NCBI GenBank assembly: GCA_965153285.1 | Contig: OZ229111.1 | DNA: 64,000 nucleotides | Origin: Podarcis tiliguerta | Taxonomy: Eukaryota | Direction: 5' to 3' (one strand) | In this document: positions 1 through 11,031 of the stretch, one piece after another | Layout: the number at the start of each line of letters is the position of its first letter | Position numbering within the stretch: position 1 is the stretch's first letter | Position numbers and translations under genes: made by a program | The notes under the pieces: generated by a model | Databases searched by the model: none | What the model was told of the DNA's origin: nothing | The model's input: the letters and a program-made list of their open reading frames with translations, nothing else

Positions 1-87
1 TTATCAATTGCAATGTCGGTTATAAGCTTTTTTCTTAGCACCATTTTGAATCTGAAAATGCCCCAAATTTCCTGGAAGAGAACCGAG
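1..87 (+). CDS. AprA-like copy 1, partial exon (LSIAMSV...ISWKRTE)
   Basis: Open frame 1 ending GAG|gtgagg, phase 0. Confidence 0.7.
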
Positions 88-3000
88 GTGAGGAAAACTC
101 ATGTTGCAACATAACTAATTCAGTCATGAGACTTGTTTTATTATTTACTTCAAGCCATGGGTACACATAGCCTTTTAACTGATGAAAATCATAGTTTATC
201 AAGGACACTCTGTTAAGCTCAAGCTTACTAGGAAATTATCAGTATTATTGGAAGCAGGAAGCCTTGGCCAATGATCCAATAAATGACAGGAACATTATGA
301 CATTTGGCCATTTTCTGAGGGCACTTGGTTGGTTTTGAGCTTTACTGGTACATATTAGAATATTATGACATTTCCTTCTGGCCTTTTAATGTTACATTCA
401 GATACAGTAAATATTTAAATAGGCTCTATTAGTATATGTATATGAATATGCCCCTAGAGGCAAAACACAAAGAAAGGTTCTTAATTTCAATGAAATTGAA
501 AGGTTCTTAATTTCAATGAAAGCTGTAGGTTGATTTCACACAGACTGTTTCCTGACACATGTTTCTATACTAGCCAGCTAATTAGGTGGCTGCTGTTGAA
601 ATGAGATCTTTGCAATCTACGTAGGAAGAACCATTGCACAGTGGTACTTGCTTTGCATGCTGAAGATCTTTGGTTTGATCCCTGATGTTTCCACATAGGC
701 CTGGGAGAGAAACCTGCTTGTAATCACCCTAGACAGCTGTTGCCAATCAGTGTAGACAAAACTGAGGTAGATGGACCCAACGGTCTAACTCCGTATAAGG
801 CAGCTGTTAAGTTGTGGGTGAACATATCAGACGACACAGCGATTCTTCCAAGCAGCTCTTTATTTGTAAGCTGGAACAGAACTGAGCTGAGGAGCTTAGT
901 CAGCCTGCTTATATAGAGCTCCAGTACCTTGTTACTGTAACAACTTTCTAAAACTATCCAATCACTGAACGTCACTTTCGATCCTTCATTTGCATACAGT
1001 ATCCCCCTGCTGGCCCAGGGTGAGAACTTCAGTACATAACAGCAGCTTCCTATACAAAACTTTCATGTAGCTGATAGAAGAAATGGATGATAGCTTGAGG
1101 AACGCTTGATATTTCTGTCCTATTCTCTCTTTTTCTAGACAAAAGCTACAGGTATTATCGAGCTCTACACAGATATGGAGCCTTCAGCAGTTAAATGTTT
1201 CTTTTCTAACACTTTGGGCTCTGAAAGGTAGGATTTATCGTGTATGATTTATTAATACAAATATACAGAGTTGATATAAATATACATACAAAGAATGGGA
1301 CAATCTCAGTTGTCTCTTTCTTAAATTCAGTTCTCCACATTTCTGCTGCATTTTGCAAATTACTGTTTTTTAAAAAATCCTCTGGAAAAATAGCCAGCAT
1401 TTTTGTGTGCTTTTCTCTTAATCTCCACATTTATGTATGTCGTTTTGTCAAATATACATATTTTTGCAAACAATTCCCCCTAGTGCTTTTTTGTTTCTTA
1501 TTTTCACTAACCTATGCATTTATATACGCACTTCACCCTAGTATTTCTGTGCACATTACTTGGCTTGAGAGCTGCACTGCAAACTTCGTAGACATGTGAA
1601 TTTTGAAGGATGTCTGTGTTTTGGTTTCCACATTATTTTTGAAAGTGTGACAATGGAGGTTCACTTTTAAATCTCTACAAAGAAGCCATTGGGGTGTTCC
1701 CTTCCCTAAAGCATGCAGTATTTTCTCTCTGGCAAAAAAGAAGAAGAAAGCATTCTGAGTGCTTTTTGTGTCTGTGAACAGCTCCACAAAACATTACAGT
1801 TTTTATACTTTTATATGTTTTCAAACCTACAAACAAGATTCATAAGGGAACTTTGTGGGTGGATTACTGAATATGCTCTAGAACTTTTGGAGTCAGGTTG
1901 ATGGTATTGAAGAACCATCAGAATGCCTGAGTCAACTGAGTAGTAGACAAAGAGTATTTTTAATTGCTTAAACATAACGATCCCTTTTGCTTCAGTAAGT
2001 GAACTATTGCCTTGGCAGTGGTAAAGGTAAAGGTACTCCTGACCGTTAGGTCCAGTCGCGAATGACTCTGGGGTTGCAGCGTTCATCTCACTCTGGAGTC
2101 CGAGGGAGGCGGCGTTTGTCCGCAGACAACTTCTGGGTCATGTGGCCAGCATGACTAAGCCGCTTCTGGCGAACCAGAGCAGCGCACGGAAATGCCATTT
2201 ACCTTCCCGCTGGAGTGGTACCTATTTATCTACTTGCACTTTTACGTGTTTTCAAACTGCTAGGTGGGCAGGAGCTGGGACTAAACAATGGGAGCTCACT
2301 CCATCGCGGGGATTCAAACTGCTGACCTTCTGATCGGCAAGTACCACTGCCAAGTACCACTGAGCCACCTTGGCAGTGGTACTTGTCTCCAAAAAGTAGC
2401 TTCCTCAGCACTCACTGTGCCGCCTCCTTCCCTTCTCATTCTCAGGCGAGACTTCAGGCTGTTGGTGGGTCCTGGTCCTTCAGGTGTTTCACAACCCATA
2501 TCTTGGCTTCCCTGCAAGGTTGAGAAAGTGGTAAGAGGATTTGGGATTGGGGGTTTCTCCAAGCTTCATAACACAGTTGAGTGAATCAAGCCTCCATCCC
2601 TACGCACACAAGCAGTTCTTCAAAAATAAATTATTTCCTTTAAAGATGGTTTCTGTTGCCAACTCATTGAATTAGCCCATTTATTTGCAAAGTTCTTTCT
2701 TTTTTAATTACATAGTTAGTGTACTCAGTTAGGATAGTGGTTGGTGTGTGTGTGACATGCACCGACTGGTTACCATTTGTGATGGGCTGCACAGGAAAGT
2801 CCATTGCTGTTGCTTCCATCTTAAAGGAGCAGAAGTTCATATGTAACAATAAGGCCCACTCTGGAACCTGCTGGGTTCCTTCAGAAGAAAGGGGTATACA
2901 CTGAATGAATAAATAATCCAAGAGTCAAACAACCAAATAAAATGGGATTCTTTCGTTATATAAGTTACCAAAAACATCCATAGGATGGTTTCATTTCAAA

Positions 3001-5496
3001 GCGCAGCAGAGTGTATTTCCATCTAATGTTGCCCCAGGAGGTGTGAGCTAAAGAGCATTATCTTTATGCTGTAGTTCTAAAAAGACCCATGCTAGAAAGT
3101 AAGACTCACTAATATATTGGGGCTCATGAGTCTATAGCAGGGGTAGGGAACCTCTTTCGGAATGAGGGCTGCATTTCCTTCTGGGCAAGCATGTGGAGGC
3201 TGCATACCAGTGATGGGCAGTGTCAAAGGCAAAAGTGAACAGAGCAATCAATGTGAATTCTACCATTGTGCAGTAGCCTAGTTTCTTCACAGTCACACTT
3301 CTTTCTCTATCCTCCATCCAGGCAAGCAAGAAGTATTATCAGAGTCCAAGGACACATTCCAGCCAGGGGGAAACAGTCTAGGAGGGAGGAAAGCACAGCT
3401 GGTGAGGGTTGTGGTTTGGAAGTGTGGGTGTCCTGGAGATTATCACAAGGGCCAGATAGAGAGGTCTGGAGGGCTGCCCTTGGCCCCTGGGCCTGAGGTT
3501 CCCCATCTGTGATGTATGGAATGGTTTATGATCACCTGGAAAGAAGTGGGATGTAACCCCATCCCATTCTGCCCCACTTTGAGCACAGTCGCCATAGCTG
3601 TTCCACTCTACCCTGTCCTTCGGAGACTCAAACCAGGAACACTCTTCTCCAGATTCACACTAGTGAACATTTTAGAATTTCATAAGCTCAGGGTTTACAA
3701 GAGCGCCTGTTACCTGTTCATTTCTCAGTGGCTTCGGTCTCATCCCATTGCAGAAAACGGGTGTTTATAAGGCAGAAGAGGAGAAGCCACAATCAGGATG
3801 GAAGGCTTTCTTTATTGAGGTAATTATTCACTCTAGTATTTGACTCCCCCACCCCCAGGAGAGAAAACTCTGAGTGCATTGAGTACCAAGACTGATAGAG
3901 ATTCACCCAAATCAGTCTCCCTGGAAATAACAGGCACTTTTAGGAGGGTCATGTATTGGCATTAGCACTGAGATGCTAAGCCAGAAGAAATCAAGATAGG
4001 TTGTTAGACGACGTTTCTCAGAACACACAATGGCTCTGGAGTGTCTATCCTATTCCAGTGTCAAATCTTCATCAACACCTAAAAATCAGGGCTACAAAGT
4101 TTAAGTTTTCCATAAAACGTGTTCTGGGCAAATTATGGCTTGAATAAAGCACTCCTAAATCAGAGTGGTTGACAGGTAGGAACTATGAGCTGGAAATTGC
4201 TGTTCCATGTTGCAGTCCAGGCATTAATTCATTGGCTGCTGTAATCGCGCCATGATATTTCTTAGGGCTATGTGAAGCAACCCAAGCTGCTTCACTTCTG
4301 ACTGTCCCCTATTCAGTTTGAATTGCTTCAGGAAGGGGGTGATATTGCACCCCAAATCCAAAGCTGCAGCTTCAGACCTCCCATTGACTTGCATTGGGAA
4401 AGCAAAATATTCACAAATTTTGGAATAGTTACATAGGTGCATAACACCTGCTGACATAGAAGGTCCACCTCTCCAAAAATAGGATGAACCCTGCCAAATT
4501 TGAGACACATAGGTCGTGTGACTTTTCTAATAATAATAATAATCCAGAACAGTCATAACTTATTTGTAAAAGATTTTGAAAATAAAATGCAAAACCTATC
4601 CCAGAAAACACTATGGCCAGGGGACAACACACAATATGTATATATGCTTGTGTGCATAGATGTATGTATATATAATTTTGGATTGGGAAGGATGGAAAAG
4701 AATAGAAAACAAACATATAGTTTGGTTATGAAGGATCTATGACTCATTGAGAGATGATACAAGTGTAAATAAAATGCAGAACACCATAGTCACATTTGGG
4801 AGAAGAAGGAAGTAAAACTGCCTTAGTGGCTATTATAACTGGAGACTAATATTGACAACAAGCTCTATGTGTGTGTGTAGATAGAGAAGGGTGAAAAAAG
4901 CAAATAGGTAGAAATGTTGGGTTAAGAGACAAGCTGAATCAAAATACCACAGCAAACTCCTTGTGCCATTCATAGTACTAGCCATAGAGTGAGGGGGAAA
5001 GGCACTGGGACAAAGATACTAGGATTGTGGGGATGTAGGATAATATTCTACGTCTGGGTTGAGGCTACGGGGAGCAAATACCAGTTCTACTACTCCCATT
5101 GACTCCATTATCGTGTTTCCCTTATTTGGGGATGTTTACATTTTCCCAATCATTTTGGAGACAGCTTACTTGGCTCAGATCATCTTTGCTTTGTAACTGA
5201 ATGTTTCCAGAGCAGGGGAATCTTCTGCTCAGATCGCTTTGGGGGCAGAGCTGAGCCTTGGAGGCACCCTATTTTGATCCTGCCTCATCTTGGGATTTGG
5301 ATGAAGGGGTTGCACAACCCTAGCTGTTAAAACAATTTGGGGGGATATTGCATCATGTGAACTACTTCCTTGCGTTTAATGAGGTAATATTGGCTTTGTA
5401 ACCAATAATCTAAAAGACTCAAGGCAAAAACTGGTATTACCCAAATTGCCAAACAGAGTGGCTGGGGAAACCCAACCAGATGGGCGGGGTATAAAA

Positions 5497-5544
<48 letters not shown>

Positions 5545-5981
5545 TATATATTATTAGCTTACCTTTCAGTCTAGTTCCCTCACTGTGTCCTTCCAAAAAC
5601 AATAAAGCAACTATGCCTGAAAGCTCTACTTTCATGTACTAATTGAAATCCAGTGATAGAAAGCTGTTGTGCTGAATAGGCAGGAAGTATTCTTCCATAA
5701 ACTACAATATGCTGTAAGGCACAACAATTATTTTTTAGCTATCCCTGTGCTTTGCACTCCCAATGTAGGCTCCGTTCTATTAGATTTGCAAAGTGAGCTA
5801 TTGAGCAGAACTGCAATTTCTTTTCCAGGCCACCTTCCCAGGACCTGGGACCATTGATTTTGTGTTAAGTTCTGAAGTTCACATCATTCCAGACACTTTT
5901 CCATGTCCAGCTGCCACGGAAAGGAATGCAAGGGGAAGGTGGTATGACACTCACCAAGGATGCTACAGCTCCTGCTGCTGA
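1..5981 (+). CDS. AprA-like / PqaA-family (PhoPQ-related, alpha/beta-hydrolase-like) gene, copy 1; last five coding exons, 5' part outside the window
   Basis: Exons <1-87, 1139-1227, 2446-2530, 3754-3819 and 5829-5981 all have GT-AG sites and compatible phases. Spliced product: LSIAMSVISFFLSTILNLKMPQISWKRTE|TKATGIIELYTDMEPSAVKCFFSNTLGSER|RDFRLLVGPGPSGVSQPISWLPCKVEKV|KTGVYKAEEEKPQSGWKAFFIE|ATFPGPGTIDFVLSSEVHIIPDTFPCP... The motifs RRDFR, GWxAFFIExTFPGP and IIPDTFP are typical of the AprA/PqaA C-terminal region (recalled). Confidence 0.78.
623..806 (+). mobile_element. Squam3-like tRNA-derived SINE
   Basis: Degenerate tRNA head and characteristic 3' part cagtgtagacaa...gatggaccc..ggtct..ctc..tataaggcagct. 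Confidence 0.6.
1139..1227 (+). CDS. AprA-like copy 1 exon (TKATGIIELYTD...GSE-R)
   Basis: Pyrimidine tract + ttctag| acceptor and AG|gtagga donor; 89 nt, phase 0 to 2. Confidence 0.78.
2021..2340 (-). mobile_element. Sauria SINE (Squam1), 5'-truncated
   Basis: (ACCTTT)n tail read as ggtaaaggtaaagg; body similar to 47789-48146; TSD ccttggcagtggta at 2010-2023 and 2368-2381. Confidence 0.85.
2446..2530 (+). CDS. AprA-like copy 1 exon (R-RDFRLLVG...VEKV)
   Basis: ttctcag| acceptor and GTG|gtaaga donor; 85 nt, phase 2 to 0. Confidence 0.8.
3138..3509. mobile_element. hAT-like non-autonomous DNA transposon
   Basis: Imperfect TIRs caggggtagggaacct ... aggttccccatctg. Confidence 0.5.
3754..3819 (+). 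CDS. AprA-like copy 1 exon (KTGVYKAEEEKPQSGWKAFFIE)
   Basis: ttgcag| acceptor and GAG|gtaatt donor; 66 nt, same length as the paralogous exon 12464-12529. Confidence 0.8.
5454..5545 (+). repeat. LINE (L2-type) 3' tail with (ATT)n microsatellite
   Basis: cagagtggctggggaaaccc...gatgggcggggtataaa followed by about 15 ATT units. Confidence 0.6.
5829..5981 (+). CDS. AprA-like copy 1 terminal coding exon, with a 1-nt frameshift near 5910
   Basis: ttttccag| acceptor. In-frame reading gives ATFPGP...PDTFPCPAATERNARGRWYDTHQGCYSSCC*. The shifted frame gives CHGKECKGKVV* (stop 5945-5947), which matches copy 2's CNGEECHRKLV*. Confidence 0.75.
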   Translation, partial: ATFPGPGTIDFVLSSEVHIIPDTFPCPAATERNARGRWYDTHQGCYSSCC

Positions 5982-7199
5982 AGGCATCCATGAGTGTAAA
6001 CACGAGAGGTGCTCAGAAAACCATGCAGAGGAGTCAGGGTGGGTTGGGCAGAGAAATAATACTGCATAGAGAATGCACAGGTTCAACTTCAACTAACATG
6101 AAATGGCAGAGGGGTGTGGGGTCGTGGGGTAGGTAGGTGAAGATGTCAGTCAGGAACAGGAGCCCTAAAGGAGGATTGTGGGAAATGGGTCTGGTGGGTG
6201 AATGAAGCATATTGGGCATGAGACAGAGGGAGGGCCTGGTTATATAAAATTATGAACGATTAATGCAGCAAAGGAAAGTGCCTTTGTATTCCTCAGATCT
6301 CAGGATCAAAAGAAAGGGAAGCACTATGCTCTATAAGTCTTCACTGAAACTCTGTACAAGTATTTGAGCATTTGATGCACAATTCCTTAACCCGGATTTA
6401 GCCTCGTAGACTTTGATGGGATTAAATAGCCTCTAATCCAAGTAACTGATTATAGCTGGATTGTAAATCATGTAAAATGACTGAGTTCAAATTGCACGTG
6501 AGTCACAGACGGAAGTGGGTGTCTTCTTTGGCTAGCTATTATCTCTTCGTTTTCAAGTCCCTTCTGCAAAATGGGGGTAACAATAAAGTGACTATATTTT
6601 GTGTGGCAGAAGTGAGCCCACCTGCTGTGGCTTTCATGGCCTCATGATTTCTAGCTGTTCATTCCCTGTTAACAAATAAAGGTTGTTTCTGGCATTCTTA
6701 CCATCTTGCACTGGGTGAGATTTTCTTGTGTTTTGAAGTGAACCGCCACTTGCTCCACTATCCTCCTATAGCTACTGTATGGGAAATGGGTGTCTGTTCT
6801 TAGGGTGTGTAGCAGGTTGGGTCATAAGCCTATCATAACAAAAGGAGTAATACCTACCATAGTACTATCAGTGTTGTGAATATATGTCATTCAGTTGAAC
6901 ATATTAGGTTTGTTAGTAAAGTGGATCTACTGTTCTTCATACAGGCAGTTGTAGTGACTGAAGTACAAACCACCAGGGAGTTCTCTTGTAAAAGCCCATT
7001 AAAATGAAATAGGCGCACCACTGCCCTCTGCTGCTGCTCTTAATCATGGCAAAGGCATTTATGCAGGTCAGCTGCCCAGTGTGTTTGTGCTAAACAGAAT
7101 TCCAAGCAAAGAGACTGGAAGCTCATTTTGACTACATAATCTTAGAAGATGGTGTGGCTGTGAGAGCGCATGGCTGTGACTATCATGGAAGGACCCTGC

Positions 7200-7465
7200 A
7201 CTTCGGAATTTGGCACTAAGCTAGTGCCGCTACTCAAACTGCATGGGATGAGGTTCCAAAGGGGCAGCAGATGCGGGAGCATGTGAATTCCATGCTGGAA
7301 TTCGTGGAGCAGTTGAGAACAGGGGAGGAACTGAAAGACAATAATTCTCCAGCCCTATTGCTGCACAGCCTTGCAGAATCATACAGGGCCCTGAGTGGTG
7401 CTACACAATGGAAGGAAACTGGTGTCATGACCCCTGAAACCCTCCAACACCGCAAGGGCTTATAA
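7200..7465 (+). mobile_element. Degenerate Ty1/Copia gag (UBN2-type) fragment
   Basis: Frameshifted KLVPLLKLHGMRF/GQQMREHVNSMLEFVEQLRTGEELKDNNSPALLLHSLAESYRAL resembles Copia gag and the equivalent segment of the intact element (HLKFL...VLSSLDDSYDML). Confidence 0.6.
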
Positions 7466-7899
7466 GGAGTTCTCTACAAGTGGGTGGAGCTGGGAGGAAC
7501 AAGTCATTCGCTTAGTGCTATCCATGAGCCAGCTTCCAGGCTTGCTTTCCCTGTAGAATTCAGCATCAGACCTGAGCAGGACAGGACTTTCTCCGTCTCT
7601 CATAACTCTAGAATTCGTGGATGTTCAATGAAGCTGACTGTTAGAAGATTCAGGACAGATAACACCTTTCTGACTGCTATTCCTGCTGCAGCTATCTCCT
7701 GCTAGGACTCATGGAAAACCTATCAGACAGACAGCAAAAATTATCATCTATGCCTGGTTGACAGTGTTATACGATTTTGTCTGTTTGCATGCACACACAT
7801 GCAAGCAGCAGGTTTCAACAGTTCATAATGCCTTGCATTGAGATTATACACACCGCACCCATGCAAGACAATACACCTCTCTTACTAACTCAGTTTATC

Positions 7900-8600
7900 T
7901 GGGAGTTGTTGGCATCCATCTGTTTCGAAAGACAATGGGATGCTCCTTCAGGGGCGAAGTCAAACTGCTGCACTAGCAGGATCAATGTGATCTTCTCAGG
8001 GCACAAGCCTGGGCAGTGTGTATGGAGGTCCTGGGCTGCCCAGATGACAAGACTCTCAGCCTTGTTGATGTAAGTTCAAAGGAAAGCAGAGTGATACATT
8101 TGGCACCAGCTTGGATGTAGGAGTTGCTGGAAAGAGGCAAACAAGGCATCATACAACTGTCTTAGGGACTCCACTCTGGATTTATGTAGGGTTTACTCCT
8201 TACCCTTTTCTTTTCCCAAAGATGTTCTGCAAGGCAGTGGAGGTTTAGGGTCAGACTGTTCCTTCTCCTAGGTGGGCTACCTTCCCGGGTTGATGAGCCC
8301 CATCTGCCCCTCACTTCCGTCTATGGCACTTGCAGAAACCGCCTTCTTCACCATTGGACCCCCTGTTGGTCTCATCCACTCAATCCACCACAGCCTGTCT
8401 TCGCCTGCCAGGGAAATCCCTAACTCACTGAGGGTTTGAGACCAATCTGATACCCTCATCTGGTTTAGCTGGACTGTCTGAGCCGTTTCCAGGATGTGGT
8501 GGCTGTTGCATGCTGATAGTTTCTAAGAGCCACAGGGGACCAAAGGTGGACAAACTACCCCAGAAGGAGCATGACCCCACCAGAGGCACTACCTTCTGAG
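7900..8600 (-). mobile_element. Probable RTE-clade derived retroelement fragment
   Basis: Starts with ttggcatccatctgtttcgaaagacaatgg, resembling the reverse complement of an RTE-type 3' end (recalled); no intact ORF. Confidence 0.4.
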
Positions 8601-9622
8601 TTGGCAATGGTTACGACTACAGTACTTTCAAAACAGTTCCTCCTGTTTGCATTATCTGGCTGGCTGTTTTTCCTAGTGCCCCTGTACCTGACTAGCTCTG
8701 CCCCTCCCAATCATCTTTTGCCTAGCAAGATGTTCTCCTCCTCTCTTTCCCCTCAGGTGGAGACCAAACCCATTACAAAAGGGCATTTGCTTCTGCATTG
8801 CTTCAGGCAGTGGCAGGAATGCAAAAGGGAAGGGACAGGGTGATGTTTGCCAGCATGTGCCACCTTTTTCTCCCTCCACTTCAGTCTAGGCCTGAACCCA
8901 TCCTTTAGGTATAGCAGAGCATGTGTCGGCTTCAATTTGACCATGTGCTGGGAGGATGCTTTGGCCACTGAATAACAACTGGCACATTTCCATCTGCATA
9001 ATGGCTGCCCGGACCATGTGGTTCAGTGCCTTCCATGCTCAGTGACCTTTATAAGTACAGGTATTTGTGCTGATATTCTTTTTCAAGAAGCATGAATTAC
9101 TTTCATAGCCTTTGCAGAACTGATACTAATGACTTAAGTACTTTTACTTTACTTTGTCTCTGAAGTTGTGTAGCTCTTTTGAGGCAAATCCCAAACTAGT
9201 CAATCACCTACCATGTGAATACCCTTGAATCTTTTCCATGTCTGGATCTTGACAAATTCTCTTCTTCTAATACACTCTGATGAGGAAAGTGTTTACTTTC
9301 TCACGTCAAAATCTAGTGGTAATCTGGAGTTTGTTTGAAAACCATGCTTTATAACAACATCTAAATTTCATGGTCCATGAAGAAGTGGACATTGCTTTCA
9401 CAAAAGTGCTTTAATACTAGAATTAAAATACAGATGCCAAATCATGTAGTTACCTTAGAGAGAAACTGGGAGCTGCCATAAGCTGTTCCCCATCTTCTTA
9501 CATTTGGAGCCCCGGGCTCTCACCTGTTCCCTGTTCAAACAATCCCAGCATGCACCTTATCAGGATGTCTGTTCCTGCGCTCTCTTAAATGTTGTGTTGC
9601 TTGTGCCTCTCTGGTGACTCAT

Positions 9623-9790
9623 CAAATTGTAATTGTTGGTTCTGAGAGCAATGAGTTCAAAGATGTGTGTAGATCAAAAAAGTGCAGAGCTTTTTAATAT
9701 ATGTGGAATTTTTAAACATTCATATTAAAAAGCTCTGATTTATACACATCTTTGAGCTAAATTGCTCTCAGCGCTGATGATTACAATTTG
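9623..9790. repeat. About 170-bp imperfect palindrome (MITE-like hairpin)
   Basis: Nested inverted arms: caaattgtaat/attacaatttg, ctgagagcaat/attgctctcag, tcaaagatgtgt/acacatctttga, cagagctttttaatat/atattaaaaagctctg. Confidence 0.8.
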
Positions 9791-11031
9791 TTATTTGAGA
9801 ACTCTGTGCTTTGGAAACTCCCTAGGCAGAAAATATGCCCTACTTTTATTACAAAGCTGTGCCTTTTCAAGCTTAATTATTTAAATATCCTTCAAATGCA
9901 TTATTTTCATTTGCTTTAATGCTATGCACAGAGAACAATGTGCTAGCATATGCCCTCAAGCACCTGCCCTGTAAGACAACATTACTTGTTGCTTTACCAA
10001 ATTAAAAATATGAATCTCGCTTTTGACACACCAACCACCAATAACAGAGCTAAGTAAGCAAGTGCCTTGGCTTTCCAAACAGGCATTATTTTTACAGGCC
10101 CTCAAGCCAGTGGTTCTATAAATTGTATTGTTTCCCCCTCCCTCTCCCAAGAAGAATATTTGTATCTCACTTTTAGTATACTATTGATCCTTGTCCTGTC
10201 CAGCAGAATCACTCAGCGTGCAGAACTGAACAAATGCTTTGCCATGCCTAGGTAACAGCTAGTGGGAGAGACTTTTGCATAATTGACCTTGAGATGATAT
10301 CTGGGGCCAGCTGAGCTGAGGAGACACAATCTCCAGCCTCTCTCTCTGCTCAGGTCTGACTAAGCCAGCAGAGGGAGCATTTGCTCTTTCTGCCCTGCTG
10401 CGGGCCTTTATTTTTCAGTGCAATGGAGGCTTCGGCCTGGTCCACAGTGCTCTTGGCAATGTCTGTGGGCAACCTTTTGCAGCTGAATCGACCCCTCACA
10501 TTTTAAATTTGTTTTATACCCCTTCACATATGTCTTGCAGTTTCTTTCTGCATCAGCTCTGTGAACTCTGAGGTTATTTGGGGGGGGGGTGGAATTGTGT
10601 GGGTTTGCTTCCCCCACAGCTTTTTTCTGCTCCCATAGCCCACCCAGTGCTGGGAGTGACCAGAGCCCCTTTAAGCGGGGCTATTTGTGTAAGATACTTT
10701 GATGTGGTTGCCATCTAGTGGTTCCTAAAGGCAAAAGTTGAGGAAAATATTGGCACTGAGCATGCAGGGGAGTGGTTCTAATGTGGGTATCTGGCTAAAG
10801 GTTGTACAGTATAATAGTAACCAAGTAGGGCAACCAGTTACTGTTCATCTTACAGGTTTAGCCCGTATACATTATAAACCAGGCATTTATCACCTTTATC
10901 TCCTCATGGTTTAGAAGTGTGTGGGTCGCCCTGGTATTTCTGCTTTCTCCCTTTTTTGTCTTGGGGATACAGTGGTATATGGAAGATGGTTTTAAGGACA
11001 CGGTTTTTCTGCACCATCTATCTCTTTCTAG

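Noticed and set aside
472-521. 24-bp tandem duplication (also a 22-bp one at 52968-53011)
   Set aside because: Two-copy slippage events with no spacers; not CRISPR-like or an array.
9319-9385. Possible decayed copy-2 equivalent of exon 1-87 (...ACCATGCTT...ATTTCATGG...)
   Set aside because: Similarity is weak, with stops and indels and no donor; cannot be supported without an alignment.
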